From contig CAYMBL010000019.1 in NCBI GenBank assembly GCA_964388675.1, positions 2,539-66,538 of the forward strand: a DNA stretch of 64,000 nt, given 5' to 3'. The notes beneath the pieces are model-generated. The model was given only the letters and a program-made list of their open reading frames with translations. It was not told the origin of the DNA and did no database searches. Of the stretch, positions 16,597 through 28,639 are shown piece after piece (positions within the stretch are counted from its first letter, which is position 1; every line of letters begins with the position of its first letter). Made by a program: the position numbers and the translations under genes. The DNA comes from an uncultured Planctomycetales bacterium (GTDB lineage Bacteria > Planctomycetota > Phycisphaerae > UBA1845 > Fen-1342).

Positions 16597-19206
16597 GTGT
16601 CGTTCCAAGCTCCCCTGGGCCGACTGGCCGTATTGGCGTCTCTGATCTGCTTCGGGTTCCTATCCGGTTGCGGCGGCGCCGCACCGGCCGCGCCCGCGCC
16701 GCCCAACACCGCGGTCGCGGGTGAGACCATCACCAACAACGCCCCGCCTACGTCGTCCGCAACCAGCGGCTCGGGCATTACGAATGACGACGCCACGTCC
16801 TCTGACGGAACGGCGAGTGAAGACAGCGACGACGCGGCGACGGTCGGCGGAGAAGGTTCGCCCGATGTCAGCGAGCCCGCCGCGCCGGATGACGCTTCGG
16901 ACAATGACGGCGACTCGGGCGTGACCCCCGAGGGCGTGCTTGAAGTGGAGGTCGGAAGCATCGACTTCGGCAGCTCGAGCACGACGGCGACGCTGCGCGC
17001 CCGCTACACCGGTGCGAGCCTGGCTGAATTGGCGGCGGTCAGCTCGGCGAGCTGGCTGCAGATTTCGCCGGCACTCGGCGCCAGCGCGGGCGAGTTCGTG
17101 TCGTTCGGATTGATCCTGGATCGCGACCAACTCGGCGACGGCGATCACTCCGCGCAGATCACGATCAACTGCACGTCGGCAGATTCGGCGATCGTGACGG
17201 TGTACGCGACGCAGAGCATCGCGCCGCCGAGCAACACGCCGCCGATGCTCTCCGTGTCACCGGCTTCGCTCTACTTCGACGAGGACACCGACGAACTTGA
17301 TCTCGTGATTGAGAACTCCGGCGGCGGACACCTGACGTATCTCGTGACCAGCACGACGCCGTGGATATCCACGTCGACGTTCTACGGCGAAAGCGACGGC
17401 GAAGCCGACACGGTCACGGTGACGGTTGACCGCGGGCTGTCGTCGGTCGGTTCGTCGTACGGCACGATTACGGTGACGTCACTGGAAGCCGAGACGATCA
17501 CCGTACCGGTGTCGCTGGAGACGCCGGCGCTGGCGTATCCGGGCTTCGCGCTGCGCACCGGTCTGGGCGAGTGGTTCTACTACCAGGGTGCCGCGACGTA
17601 CGACGACGCTTATCTGAGCGCGACGCTCACCGATCTGGGCGATGACGTGTGGCAGCTCAGCCTGCAGATGAAGACGCGTACGTTGTCGGAGCTGATGTTT
17701 CCGTGGCAGTCGTCGCGCATGGTGCTGGGCGCCAGCGAGAGCGACGACGTCGCGTACAGCCCGATTCGCTGCGGGACCGCGGAACAGACGGTTACGCGCG
17801 CGGATTTCGATTGGTACGGCTCCGAGTATCCCGGACAAAGCCTCGCGCCGCTCGTGATTCTTGCGGACGGCGAGAACGCGCACATGGTGGCATCGGCGGA
17901 GTGGCCGCCGAAGCGCGCCAGGCCGGCGTATTGCCGCGGCCGGCTCACGATGCACTATCGCGATCTGGTGCCGGGCGGGCTCAATCAGTCATTCCGCGTG
18001 CGAATCACTTCCGCTACCGGCGACGAGAGCACCGGCGACATCCCGTGGGCCAAGGTGGCCGATCAATATCGCGACTGGCTGCGCACGCAGATGACGGCGG
18101 CCGGGCTTTACCCCGCCGGGCTGCCCACGGCGCTGGTCGAAGCGCACGGATTCCTGCACGTGGGCCTGTTTGAATACGCAGAGTTCGACTTCAACGACAT
18201 GTACGACATCTACACCGCGGGCAGCGCCGACTTCCCGTGGATTCAATTCTGGGGTCAGCAGAGCAATTACAACGAAGACCCCGCCGAGTGCCGCACCGAC
18301 GATCCCGTTCCGCCGCTGCAATCTGGCGAGCAGACGGGCTGCTGCATCGAATATCAGGCCGTGCACACGCGCTACCTGCCCAGCCTGACGACGTTCGCCA
18401 CGACGGTGAAGTCGGGCGGCGGATACGTCGGGTTCTATCAACGTCCGCGCGAGCCGTACGGCAATCTGGATGGCACCGACCCCGACGAAGAGGATTATCT
18501 CGCCGATTGGATCGCGGCGAACCAGGCGGCCGGCGCGAACGCGTTCTACATCGACGTGCTTGGAGCGCAATTCTTCGGCAATCCGCTGGGCGTCGCCGAC
18601 AATTTCCTGAACGATTATCCCGCGATGAGCATGATCGAGTGGCCGGTCGACATCTACCGCGCGGGTTTCCTCGCGGGCGGCGCGCTCTGGGGCGGCGAAA
18701 TCTGGGACACCGAGCCGGGCGAAACCCCCGCCGACTTCAACGGAACCGACTTCACGCGCTGCACGTTCCCGCGGCTGGGTCGATACGTGATGGACCACGA
18801 GCCGATGTTCCTGGGCGTGTCGAACGGCGACTGGCAATGGTGGGGCACGGAACGCGGTTGGGACCACTGGACCGAGCGCCAGTGCTTCCTGCTCGGGATG
18901 AAGTTCGACGCGCCGACGAGCTGGAAGTGCCTCGACGGACTTTACCCCGCGGTGAGCGACGCCGTGCGGCTCGCCATCGACGAGCGCGAGCGCGTGGGTT
19001 GGTGGCAGCGCACGCCGCGCTATCGCGATCGAGTCGGGCTCACGAACGTGCCCACGGGCATCGATGTGCGGGTGTTTGTCGATGAGAACGACGACGTGCT
19101 GTTCGCGATCGACAACTGGAGCGAACAGACCGGCAAGACGTTTAAGTATCTTGGACAGAACGTCGCGATACCCGCGTCGGGGCTGTCGATCGTCGAGTTG
19201 CCGTAG
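16597..19206 (+). CDS. Large lipoprotein (869 aa) with an S/T/D-rich linker; function unknown
   Basis: GGAGG lies 7 nt upstream of the GTG at 16597. Signal peptide plus lipobox LASLICFGFLSGC. Divergent from the lipoprotein gene at 14982..16442. Confidence 0.6.
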   Translation: MSFQAPLGRLAVLASLICFGFLSGCGGAAPAAPAPPNTAVAGETITNNAPPTSSATSGSGITNDDATSSDGTASEDSDDAATVGGEGSPDVSEPAAPDDASDNDGDSGVTPEGVLEVEVGSIDFGSSSTTATLRARYTGASLAELAAVSSASWLQISPALGASAGEFVSFGLILDRDQLGDGDHSAQITINCTSADSAIVTVYATQSIAPPSNTPPMLSVSPASLYFDEDTDELDLVIENSGGGHLTYLVTSTTPWISTSTFYGESDGEADTVTVTVDRGLSSVGSSYGTITVTSLEAETITVPVSLETPALAYPGFALRTGLGEWFYYQGAATYDDAYLSATLTDLGDDVWQLSLQMKTRTLSELMFPWQSSRMVLGASESDDVAYSPIRCGTAEQTVTRADFDWYGSEYPGQSLAPLVILADGENAHMVASAEWPPKRARPAYCRGRLTMHYRDLVPGGLNQSFRVRITSATGDESTGDIPWAKVADQYRDWLRTQMTAAGLYPAGLPTALVEAHGFLHVGLFEYAEFDFNDMYDIYTAGSADFPWIQFWGQQSNYNEDPAECRTDDPVPPLQSGEQTGCCIEYQAVHTRYLPSLTTFATTVKSGGGYVGFYQRPREPYGNLDGTDPDEEDYLADWIAANQAAGANAFYIDVLGAQFFGNPLGVADNFLNDYPAMSMIEWPVDIYRAGFLAGGALWGGEIWDTEPGETPADFNGTDFTRCTFPRLGRYVMDHEPMFLGVSNGDWQWWGTERGWDHWTERQCFLLGMKFDAPTSWKCLDGLYPAVSDAVRLAIDERERVGWWQRTPRYRDRVGLTNVPTGIDVRVFVDENDDVLFAIDNWSEQTGKTFKYLGQNVAIPASGLSIVELP

Positions 19207-19220
19207 CGGCGCGGCGGCGG

Positions 19221-20555
19221 TTATGCGCCGGCGATGACTTCGTCGCGATCGGCGTGGTTGACGCACGTCGCGATTGCGAGGTCGCCCGCGACGTTGACGG
19301 TCGTGCGGCACATGTCGAGAAAGCGATCAACGCCGAGGATGAGGCCGATGCCCTCCGGCGGAATGCCGACGCTCATCAGCACGAGCACCACCAGCGGAAG
19401 CGAGCCGCCGGGGACGCCGGCGGTGCCGATGCCGGCCAGTATTGAGAGCAGCGCGACGGTGAGCTGCTGACCAAGCGAGAGATCGACGCCGAACACCTGC
19501 GCCAGGAACAGCACCGTGACGCCTTCGTAGAGCGCGGTGCCGTTCTGATTGGCGGTAGCGCCGACCGTCAGCACGAAACGCGAGACGCGCCGTTTCAGCC
19601 CCAGCCGCTCCTCCGCGACACGAAGCGACGTGGGCAGCGTGGCGTTGGACGAGGAGGTCGCGAAGGCGGTCATGAGCGCGGGGCTGGCGCGAACCATGAA
19701 ATCGGCCGGCCGCGTGCGCGCGAAGATCGCGAGTGCGAGCGGATAGACGAGCAGCGCGTGCAGTGCCAACCCGACCACCACGGCCAGCACGTAAAGCGCC
19801 AGCGTTCGCAGCACGTCTGCGCCGAGCGTCGAGGTGAGACCGAAAATCAATCCGGCAACGCCGAGCGGCGCGAAACGCAGCGCGATTCCGACGATGACGA
19901 GACTGACGTCGTAGACGCCTTCGAGCACGCCGACGAGCGGACCGGTTCGCGTCGGGGCGAGCGTGATGCCGACGCCGACGATCAGCGCAAAGAACATGAC
20001 GGCGAGCATGCCGCCGCCTTTTGCGCTGCCGTCGAGCGCCCCCACCGCTTCCTGCAGCGGATTCCGCGGGATGATGTCGAGCAGGGTCTGCAGCGCGGTC
20101 TTGGCCTGTTTCGCCTGATCGATGGATTTCTGCGCGTCGCCGGCATAGCGGGCGTTCAGCTCGACGCGCTGCGCTTCGGTGATGGAGTCGCCGGGGCGCA
20201 GGCCGTTCGCAACGCCAAGCCCGATGCCGACGGAAATTGCCGAGAACGCGACGGTCCAAAGCAACGTGCGTGTCCCTAGTCGACCCAGCCGTCGCACGTC
20301 GCCGATCTCGGTGATGCCCAGCACCAACGCCGAGAACACCAGCGGCAGCACGACCATGAACATCAGCCGCAGGAAAATCTCGCCCGCGGGCTTTGCGAGG
20401 TAGGTGTTGATCCAGGCGACGGTCGGGTTCGGTCCGCCTCCGACGGCGGGCGGCGCGAGCACGTTGCAGACGGCGCCTGCGAATCCGGCGATCAGCAGTG
20501 AAAGCAGAATCTGCCAGTGCAGCGCCAGGCCGCGCGGCGACGCTGCCGTCGTCAT
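19221..20555 (-). CDS. Dicarboxylate/amino acid:cation symporter (DAACS family, GltP/DctA-like)
   Basis: Motifs ATANQNGTALYEGV, GIPPEGIGLILGVDRFLDMCRTTVNV and GDLAIATCV. ATG at 20555 overlaps the terC stop (ATGA). Confidence 0.8.
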   Translation of the reverse strand: MTTAASPRGLALHWQILLSLLIAGFAGAVCNVLAPPAVGGGPNPTVAWINTYLAKPAGEIFLRLMFMVVLPLVFSALVLGITEIGDVRRLGRLGTRTLLWTVAFSAISVGIGLGVANGLRPGDSITEAQRVELNARYAGDAQKSIDQAKQAKTALQTLLDIIPRNPLQEAVGALDGSAKGGGMLAVMFFALIVGVGITLAPTRTGPLVGVLEGVYDVSLVIVGIALRFAPLGVAGLIFGLTSTLGADVLRTLALYVLAVVVGLALHALLVYPLALAIFARTRPADFMVRASPALMTAFATSSSNATLPTSLRVAEERLGLKRRVSRFVLTVGATANQNGTALYEGVTVLFLAQVFGVDLSLGQQLTVALLSILAGIGTAGVPGGSLPLVVLVLMSVGIPPEGIGLILGVDRFLDMCRTTVNVAGDLAIATCVNHADRDEVIAGA

Positions 20556-21556
20556 TCGCTGCGCTCCGCCACGGCCACGGTTTCGCCTTGTGGCGGTTCG
20601 GTCGGTTCGGCGGCGGCCGGGGCTTCGCGCGGCTCGGGGAACATCAGCGACGCGATGACCGAGATCGCGAGCAGCGCGCCGACGATCGAGAGCGAGATCT
20701 CGACGGGCACCTTGTACTGATCGTGCAGCAGCATCTTTGCGCCGATGAAGATCAGTACGCTGGCCAAGCCGTAGGAAAGGAAGCGGAACAGGTGCATGAC
20801 GCCCGCGAGCGCGAAGTACATGCTGCGCAGGCCCAGAATCGCGAAGACGTTGGACGTGTAGATGATGAACGTGTTCTGCGTGATGCCGATGATCGCCGGA
20901 ATGGAATCGACCGCGAAGGTCAGGTCCATGATCTCGATGAAGATCAACACGACCATCAACGGCGTGGCGTGGGCCTTGCCGTCGATGCGAACGATGAACC
21001 GTCCGTCGACGTAGTCGTCGGTCACGCGCATGCACGAGCGTAGCCAGCGCAGGACGGGGTTTTTGCCAGGGTCGATCGGGTCTTCGTTCGCCGAGCGAAA
21101 GAGCTTGATCCCGCTGATCACGAGGATCGCGCCGAACACATAGATCAGCCATGTGAACATGTGGATCAGCGTCGTGCCGGCGAGAATGAAGATCGCGCGC
21201 ATCACGATCGCACCGAGGATGCCCCAGAAGAGCACCTTGTGCTGGTACTGCTCCGGCACGCGGAAATAGCCCATGACCAGCAGAAACACGAACAGGTTGT
21301 CGACGCTGAGCGAGAGCTCGGTGATGTAGCCGGTGAGGTACGTCAGCGCCGCCTGGCGCGGCGTGTACGCGTCGCCCGGCGGCCAATAGAGGTAGACGCC
21401 CACCGCGAACAGCATCGAGAGGCTGATCCAGACGGCGCTCCAAGCAAGCGCTTCGCGAAACTTGACGCTCCGCGAGTTGCGATGCAGCACGCCCAGATCG
21501 AGCGCCAGCAGCACCACGATCACGAGCGTGAAAATCAGGAACGCGGTCGTCGTCAT
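20552..21556 (-). CDS. TerC family integral membrane protein
   Basis: ELSLSVDNLFVFLLV and a second repeat FAVDSIPAIIGITQNTFIIYTSNVFAILGLRSMYF. Multiple TM helices. Confidence 0.8.
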   Translation of the reverse strand: MTTTAFLIFTLVIVVLLALDLGVLHRNSRSVKFREALAWSAVWISLSMLFAVGVYLYWPPGDAYTPRQAALTYLTGYITELSLSVDNLFVFLLVMGYFRVPEQYQHKVLFWGILGAIVMRAIFILAGTTLIHMFTWLIYVFGAILVISGIKLFRSANEDPIDPGKNPVLRWLRSCMRVTDDYVDGRFIVRIDGKAHATPLMVVLIFIEIMDLTFAVDSIPAIIGITQNTFIIYTSNVFAILGLRSMYFALAGVMHLFRFLSYGLASVLIFIGAKMLLHDQYKVPVEISLSIVGALLAISVIASLMFPEPREAPAAAEPTEPPQGETVAVAERSE

Positions 21557-22014
21557 GAAGTCTCCGAGGCGCTCTCAGACAACGCAGTCGACGGGGCGAG
21601 CGCGCGGTTGGCGGGCTGCGGCGGGCGATTCGACTGTCCGGCGCGGCTGCGCACCCAGTCGAGGTAGCCGCAGCGCCACAGGTACACGAATCCGACCGCG
21701 ACAATGCCGACGAAGATCAGCAGATCGACAAACCCGGCCACGCCGGCCGCGCGATAAACGACCGCCCACGGAAACAGCAGCGCCACCTCGGCGTCAAAAA
21801 CGAGAAACACGAGCGCCGCGACGTACATCCGTACATCGAACTGAACATAGGCCGATCCGACCGCGGCCTCGCCGCATTCGTAGGGCTGGCTCTTGACCGG
21901 GTGCTCGTAGTGAGGGCGGATCAGGCGACCGACCGCCAGTGCGACGGCGACCATCGCGATTCCGGCCGCGGCGAACATGAGCAGCCCGATGGCGAGTTGT
22001 GCTGACTCCGACAA
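21553..22014 (-). CDS. nuoA: NADH-quinone oxidoreductase subunit A homolog (orphan)
   Basis: Three TM helices and the NuoA/NdhC signature FLVFDAEVALLFPWAVV. It has an atypical C-terminal extension of about 30 aa. No other nuo genes are adjacent. Confidence 0.7.
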   Translation of the reverse strand: MSESAQLAIGLLMFAAAGIAMVAVALAVGRLIRPHYEHPVKSQPYECGEAAVGSAYVQFDVRMYVAALVFLVFDAEVALLFPWAVVYRAAGVAGFVDLLIFVGIVAVGFVYLWRCGYLDWVRSRAGQSNRPPQPANRALAPSTALSESASETS

Positions 22015-22089
22015 GCGATCGCTCCTGCGTGCTCTGCGAGCATCGTAACGGATCGACCGCGACTGCGCGAACGGCGCGGCGGCGCGCGG

Positions 22090-22524
22090 CTAGACGAACG
22101 AGATCCCGTATCGGCCGCTGATTTCGGCGACTTGCGCGGCGTCCGGCGCGCCGGCGGCGAGCCGGTCAAACTCAGCGAACATCGCCTGCAACTTCGCGGG
22201 CGCTACCGTCACCAGCACGCGCGCCGACTGGTCGCTGTCGTTGCGCAGAGCGTGCGGCGCGTTGCGCGGACCGAACACGGTCGTGCCGGGACCGGCGGAG
22301 ACTTCGCGCTTGCCGACGGTGAACGTGAGGCGGCCCTCGAGCACGTGAAAGATCTCGTCCTCGCGCGTGTGCACGTGCGGCGGAATGCCCTTGCCCGGCG
22401 GAACGTGCAGCTCGCCGAACATCAAGGTTCCGTCGCTGTCCGCGTCGCTGATCAGCAGCGAGAACTTCATGCCGAGCAGATCGAGCACCGTCGCTCCCGT
22501 CGTCGTTGACACGGTAGGTTTCAT
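22090..22524 (-). CDS. Cupin domain protein
   Basis: GAGGAA lies 5 nt upstream of the ATG. Cupin motifs PPHVHTREDEIFHVLEG and GPRNAPHALRN. Confidence 0.65.
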   Translation of the reverse strand: MKPTVSTTTGATVLDLLGMKFSLLISDADSDGTLMFGELHVPPGKGIPPHVHTREDEIFHVLEGRLTFTVGKREVSAGPGTTVFGPRNAPHALRNDSDQSARVLVTVAPAKLQAMFAEFDRLAAGAPDAAQVAEISGRYGISFV

Positions 22525-22547
22525 CGGGTTCCTCGGATGGGGCCGGC

Positions 22548-24101
22548 CTACTGCCATTCGATAGTGCTGGGCGGCTTGCTTGAAATGTCGTAGAGCACGC
22601 GATTGACGCCGCGCACCTCGTTGCAGATTCGGCTGCTGACGCGCGCCAGGAGCTCATAATCCATGCGCGTCCAATCGGCGGTCATGAAGTCGCTGCTGTC
22701 GACGACGCGGATCGCGACCGCGTTCTGATCGTCGAAGCTGCGTCCGTCGCCCATCACGCCGACGCTCGCCACCGGCAGCAGCACCGCGAACGCCTGCGCC
22801 ACCTTGCGATACCAGCCGCCGGCGACCAGTTCCTCGATCAGGATTTCGTCCGCCGAGCGCAGCACTTCGAGGCGAGCGGGCGTCACCTCGCCGGCGATGC
22901 GCACCGCCAGGCCGGGGCCGGGGAATGGATGCCGCCAGACCATCTCCTCCGGCAGACCCAGCGCTTCGCCGAGCTGACGAACTTCATCCTTGAAGAGGCG
23001 CCGCAATGGCTCGACCAATTCGAACCCCAACTGCGCGGGCAAGCCGCCGACGTTGTGGTGGAGCTTGATGACCGCGGTCTGACCGCCGGGGCCGTGTCCG
23101 GATTCGATCACGTCGGGGTAGATCGTGCCCTGCGCGAGAAAGCGCGCGTCAGCGACCGCACGCGCCTCCGACTTGAACACCTCGATGAACTCCGCGCCGA
23201 TGCGGCGGCGTTTCTCCTGCGGGTCGGTCACGCCTGACAGTGCGCTGAGGAATCGATCGCGCGCGTCGGCGACGCGCAGGTCGATCCCGAAGTGGCGGCG
23301 GAACGTCGACTCGACCAGCTCGGCTTCGCGGCGACGCAGCACGCCGTTGTCGACGAAGATGCACACCAGCCGCTCGTCGATGGCGCGCTGGATCAGCGTG
23401 GCGACGACGCTGCTGTCGACGCCGCCGGAGAGCCCGCAGATGACGCGTGCCGTAGGGCCGACCTGGTTGCGCACCGCTTCGACCAATTCGTCCACGACGG
23501 TGGCCATGCGCCAATCGCCGCGGCAATTGCATATCTCGTAGAGGAAGTTACGCAGAATCTGCCCGCCGAGCGGCGTATGCGTAACCTCGGGATGAAATTG
23601 CACGCCGAAGATCGGGCGGCTGCGGTGACGCACGGCGGCGATGGGGCAATTGTCGGTGGTGGCCAGGCTCTCGAATTCATCGGAGACGCTGCTCACCGAG
23701 TCACCGTGGCTCATCCAGACCGAGGTTTCCGTCGGCAGGTGCGCGAGGATGTCAGCGGCGCGACGCACGTTCAGCCGCACACGCCCGTATTCGCGGGCCT
23801 GCGCGGCGCTGACGTGCCCCCCCAGCAGCCGACAGGCGACCTGCATGCCGTAGCAGACGCCGAGGATCGGCACACTCAGCTCGAAAATCGCGGGGTCAAA
23901 CGCCGGCGCCTCGGCGGCGTAGACGCTGGACGGACCGCCGGACAGCACGATTCCCTTCAGGTTCCTGCCGCGCAGGTCGGCGGCGGTCACGGTGGGCGCC
24001 AGCACTTCGCTGTAGACGTGATTCTCGCGCACGCGGCGCGCGATGAGCTGCGTGTACTGCGAACCGAAATCGAGAATGGCGATGGTTTCGCGCGGCGTCA
24101 T
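22548..24101 (-). CDS. guaA: GMP synthase (glutamine-hydrolysing)
   Basis: GATase motif [11 protein letters not shown]-loop [12 protein letters not shown], and the C-terminal dimerisation domain. Length is 517 aa. Confidence 0.9.
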   Translation of the reverse strand: MTPRETIAILDFGSQYTQLIARRVRENHVYSEVLAPTVTAADLRGRNLKGIVLSGGPSSVYAAEAPAFDPAIFELSVPILGVCYGMQVACRLLGGHVSAAQAREYGRVRLNVRRAADILAHLPTETSVWMSHGDSVSSVSDEFESLATTDNCPIAAVRHRSRPIFGVQFHPEVTHTPLGGQILRNFLYEICNCRGDWRMATVVDELVEAVRNQVGPTARVICGLSGGVDSSVVATLIQRAIDERLVCIFVDNGVLRRREAELVESTFRRHFGIDLRVADARDRFLSALSGVTDPQEKRRRIGAEFIEVFKSEARAVADARFLAQGTIYPDVIESGHGPGGQTAVIKLHHNVGGLPAQLGFELVEPLRRLFKDEVRQLGEALGLPEEMVWRHPFPGPGLAVRIAGEVTPARLEVLRSADEILIEELVAGGWYRKVAQAFAVLLPVASVGVMGDGRSFDDQNAVAIRVVDSSDFMTADWTRMDYELLARVSSRICNEVRGVNRVLYDISSKPPSTIEWQ

Positions 24102-24200
24102 GGGGCAGGATTACCGCGCGGGTTGTGTCGGGTCAATGCGCGCCGATGCGCCCCACGCGCGGCGCTCCCCTCCGGGCGCCGCGACGCGTGGGCGCGATCG

Positions 24201-25130
24201 TCACTTGGCGAATGCTTCCATCAGCCGCAGCGCCGCCGGACCGGCCAGCACGACGCCCATGGCGGGGAAGATGAACAGCACCAGCGGGATCATCAGCTTG
24301 ACCGCCGTCTTCTGCGCTTTCTCTTCGGCCTTCTGGCGGCGCTTGGTGCGCAGCGCCTCGCCCTGGTTGCGCAGTGCCTTGCCGACGCTGGTGCCGAAGC
24401 GTTCGGCCTGCGCCACGACCGAGACGAGCGACTTGACCTCGTCGAGGCCGGTGCGCGTGGCGAGATTCTCCAGCGCCTCGGAGCGCGGGATGCCCATCTG
24501 CGACTCGCGCGTCGCGATGCGGAACTCCTCGGAGAGATCAGGGTGTACCATCGCCATCTCTTCGCCGACGCGCTTGATGCTGGCGTCGAGCGCCAGGCCG
24601 GATTCGACGCTCACCACCATCAGATCGAGAATGTCCGGCAGGCCACGGCGGATTTTCTCCTGCCGGCCGGAGATCGCCATTCCGAGCCACATACCGGGCG
24701 CGATGAAACCGAACCCGCCGCCGAAGAGCATGGCGGCGATGGCGCCGTTCAGCCCGTAGCCGAGAGTGGCGCCGAGCGTCGCCCCGAGCGCGGCGCCGAC
24801 GACCATGAGCGCCGTCTTGCCCGCCAGCAGCACGGTCTGCGCCTGCGGATGGCGATAGCCGGCCTGAATCAGCTTGAAGCGAAGCTGAGACTGCTGCTCG
24901 GTGGAGAGCGGCATGATGAGCTTGGTGAGCATCGGCGCGGCGCGCTTCACGAGCTGATCGGTCGCGGTCTGCCGCGCCTTTTCCTTGATCGTGGCGACCT
25001 CGTCCGCGGTGCGGCGGCCTTCGAGGCGGCGTCGCAGCGCATCGCGGGCTTCCTTCGTGCGCGGCAGCACGCTGTACAGGACCATTCCGACTGCGATCAG
25101 ACCCAGAACGGCGATCGTAATCAGTTCCAT
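24201..25130 (-). CDS. tadC: Tad pilus assembly inner-membrane protein TadC (T2SSF domain)
   Basis: T2SSF-like. It is the third gene of the cpaF-tadB-tadC block. Confidence 0.7.
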   Translation of the reverse strand: MELITIAVLGLIAVGMVLYSVLPRTKEARDALRRRLEGRRTADEVATIKEKARQTATDQLVKRAAPMLTKLIMPLSTEQQSQLRFKLIQAGYRHPQAQTVLLAGKTALMVVGAALGATLGATLGYGLNGAIAAMLFGGGFGFIAPGMWLGMAISGRQEKIRRGLPDILDLMVVSVESGLALDASIKRVGEEMAMVHPDLSEEFRIATRESQMGIPRSEALENLATRTGLDEVKSLVSVVAQAERFGTSVGKALRNQGEALRTKRRQKAEEKAQKTAVKLMIPLVLFIFPAMGVVLAGPAALRLMEAFAK

Positions 25131-25185
25131 CGCACACACTCCCGCATCGCGCGGCGCGCCGGCGCCGCGATTCCCCGCTGCTTCG

Positions 25186-26181
25186 CTAGACGTTGATGTT
25201 GATAATCTTCTTGATCATGACCCAACCCATGATCATCATGATGATGGCGGCCATGGCCATCATCTGACCGGTCGGGTGATAGACCAGCATCATCGCGTAG
25301 TCGTAGTTGATCTTCAGCATCGCGAGATACACCAGGATCGGCAGCGCGAGCAGCACGTAGCCCGAGAGGCGGCCTTCGGCGGTCAGGGCCTGTACCGTGC
25401 CGTGCAGCTTGATGCGATCACGAATGACGCTGCTGATCTTGTCGAGGACTTCGGCCAAATCGCCGCCGGTCTGGCGCTGAATGAGCACCGCGGTGACGAA
25501 GAAGCGCACGTCCAGCACGTCCATGCGATCGGCGAGATTCTTGAGCGCATCCTCGATCTTGAGGCCGAGGTTCTGCTCATGGAACACGCGGCCGAATTCG
25601 GTGCCGGCCGGATCGGGCAGTTCGCGCGCGATGAGCTGCATGCCGCTGGCGAGCGAATGGCCGGCGCGCAGCGCCTGGCTCAACAATTCGAACACGTCCG
25701 GCAATTGCAGCACAAGCTTCTTCAGTCGCGCACGGCGCACGTGCATCAGATACAACACCGGCAGCAGGTACACCATCACAGCCACGCCCAGCCCGACGTA
25801 GATCGGCAGCCCGGCGAGCAGCACGATGGCCAGCAGCACACACGCGACCAGCGTCATGTTCGTGAGCAGGCTGTAGGCGCTCCAGGTGAGGTTGGCCTGA
25901 TCGAGCATGGATTGCAGGCGGACCATGAAGCTGTAGCGCGCCATCGCGGCCGCAAACATGCCTTCCAACTTCGGGCCCGTCTTGCGCAGCTCCTCGAGCG
26001 TGGCGCGTGCCGGGCTGCTGCCGCCGCCGCGCGACTTCAACCGGTCGGCGATCTTGCGTTTGTCGGTTTTGCGCAGGTCGTTGACGAGCTGCATGGCGCC
26101 GTAGATGGCCATGCCGGGTCCGGCGACCAGGAGGACCCAGAGCAACGCGTCGCCACTGCCGATCGCGAGTGTTTGAATCAT
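25186..26181 (-). CDS. tadB: Tad pilus assembly inner-membrane protein TadB (T2SSF domain)
   Basis: T2SSF-like membrane protein located between cpaF and tadC. Confidence 0.7.
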   Translation of the reverse strand: MIQTLAIGSGDALLWVLLVAGPGMAIYGAMQLVNDLRKTDKRKIADRLKSRGGGSSPARATLEELRKTGPKLEGMFAAAMARYSFMVRLQSMLDQANLTWSAYSLLTNMTLVACVLLAIVLLAGLPIYVGLGVAVMVYLLPVLYLMHVRRARLKKLVLQLPDVFELLSQALRAGHSLASGMQLIARELPDPAGTEFGRVFHEQNLGLKIEDALKNLADRMDVLDVRFFVTAVLIQRQTGGDLAEVLDKISSVIRDRIKLHGTVQALTAEGRLSGYVLLALPILVYLAMLKINYDYAMMLVYHPTGQMMAMAAIIMMIMGWVMIKKIININV

Positions 26182-26211
26182 GGTAGATCCCGCATTCCCT
26201 GGATGTGTTGT

Positions 26212-27717
<1,506 letters not shown>

Positions 27718-27949
27718 AAGCTGTCCCCCTGGCACGCGGCTCGGGTGCAGCACGCGTCCGGTGGAATTGTTCAAAATCGCGGCGCGACTGGCGAAGCGCG
27801 ATTGACTTGCGCGCGCGGAAATGGGCGAGCGCGCGCCCGCCGCAGCTCGCTATCGGACGACGTTCGTGCGGGCGGCTGCCGATTGCAGTACACTTCGCCG
27901 CTCGTGTGCGGAACGCCGCCACGCCCGAAAAACCGGATCGGCAGGCGAC

Positions 27950-28639
27950 ATGGAACTGATCAGCGGCCTCATCGACTTCATTCTGCACATCGACAAGCAC
28001 CTGGCCGAGATCGTGCAGCAATACCAGACGTGGACGTACGCGATTCTTTTCGTGATCGTCTTTCTGGAAACCGGGCTCGTCGCGACGCCTTTCCTGCCGG
28101 GCGATTCGCTGCTGTTCGCGTCCGGAGCGCTGGCCGGAACAACGCGCGTGCTCGACCCGTGGGTGCTGTTTCTCCTGCTCAGTATCGCCGGCGTGCTGGG
28201 CGACACGGTGAACTACTGGATCGGTTCGTTTCTCGGACCGCGCGTGATGCGCAGCGAGAAATCACGCATCTTCCGGCGCGAGTATCTCGATCTGACACAT
28301 CAGTACTTCGAGCGCTACGGCGGGGCAACGATTGTGATCGCGCGCTTCGTGCCGATTGTGCGCACCTTCGCGCCGTTCGTGGCCGGCGTGGGGCGAATGA
28401 CGTATTCGTACTTCCTGTTTTACAACGTGATCGGCAGCTTGCTGTGGGTAGGGCTGTGCGTCTTCGCGGGCTACTTCTTCGGCGGGTTCGAGTTCGTCAA
28501 GAAGAACTTCTCGCTGGTCGTGCTCGCGATCATCGTGATCTCGGTTCTACCGGCGGTGTTTGAATTTCTGCGACACTGGGCGAAGCGCCCCAAGGCCGGC
28601 GTGACGCCGACCCCGCAGAAACCCGAATCAGCTGCGTAG
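27950..28639 (+). CDS. DedA family membrane protein (VTT/SNARE-associated domain)
   Basis: FLETGLVATPFLPGDSLLFASGALAG. Multiple TM helices. Confidence 0.8.
   Translation: MELISGLIDFILHIDKHLAEIVQQYQTWTYAILFVIVFLETGLVATPFLPGDSLLFASGALAGTTRVLDPWVLFLLLSIAGVLGDTVNYWIGSFLGPRVMRSEKSRIFRREYLDLTHQYFERYGGATIVIARFVPIVRTFAPFVAGVGRMTYSYFLFYNVIGSLLWVGLCVFAGYFFGGFEFVKKNFSLVVLAIIVISVLPAVFEFLRHWAKRPKAGVTPTPQKPESAA

Noticed and set aside
19221-21704. An 827-aa minus-strand ORF that would extend the symporter N-terminally by 380 aa
   Set aside because: The upstream 380 aa are Arg/His-rich nonsense antisense to the terC gene (20552..21556, a different frame). The real symporter begins at the conserved MTTAASPRG at 20555, which has an ATGA overlap with the terC stop.
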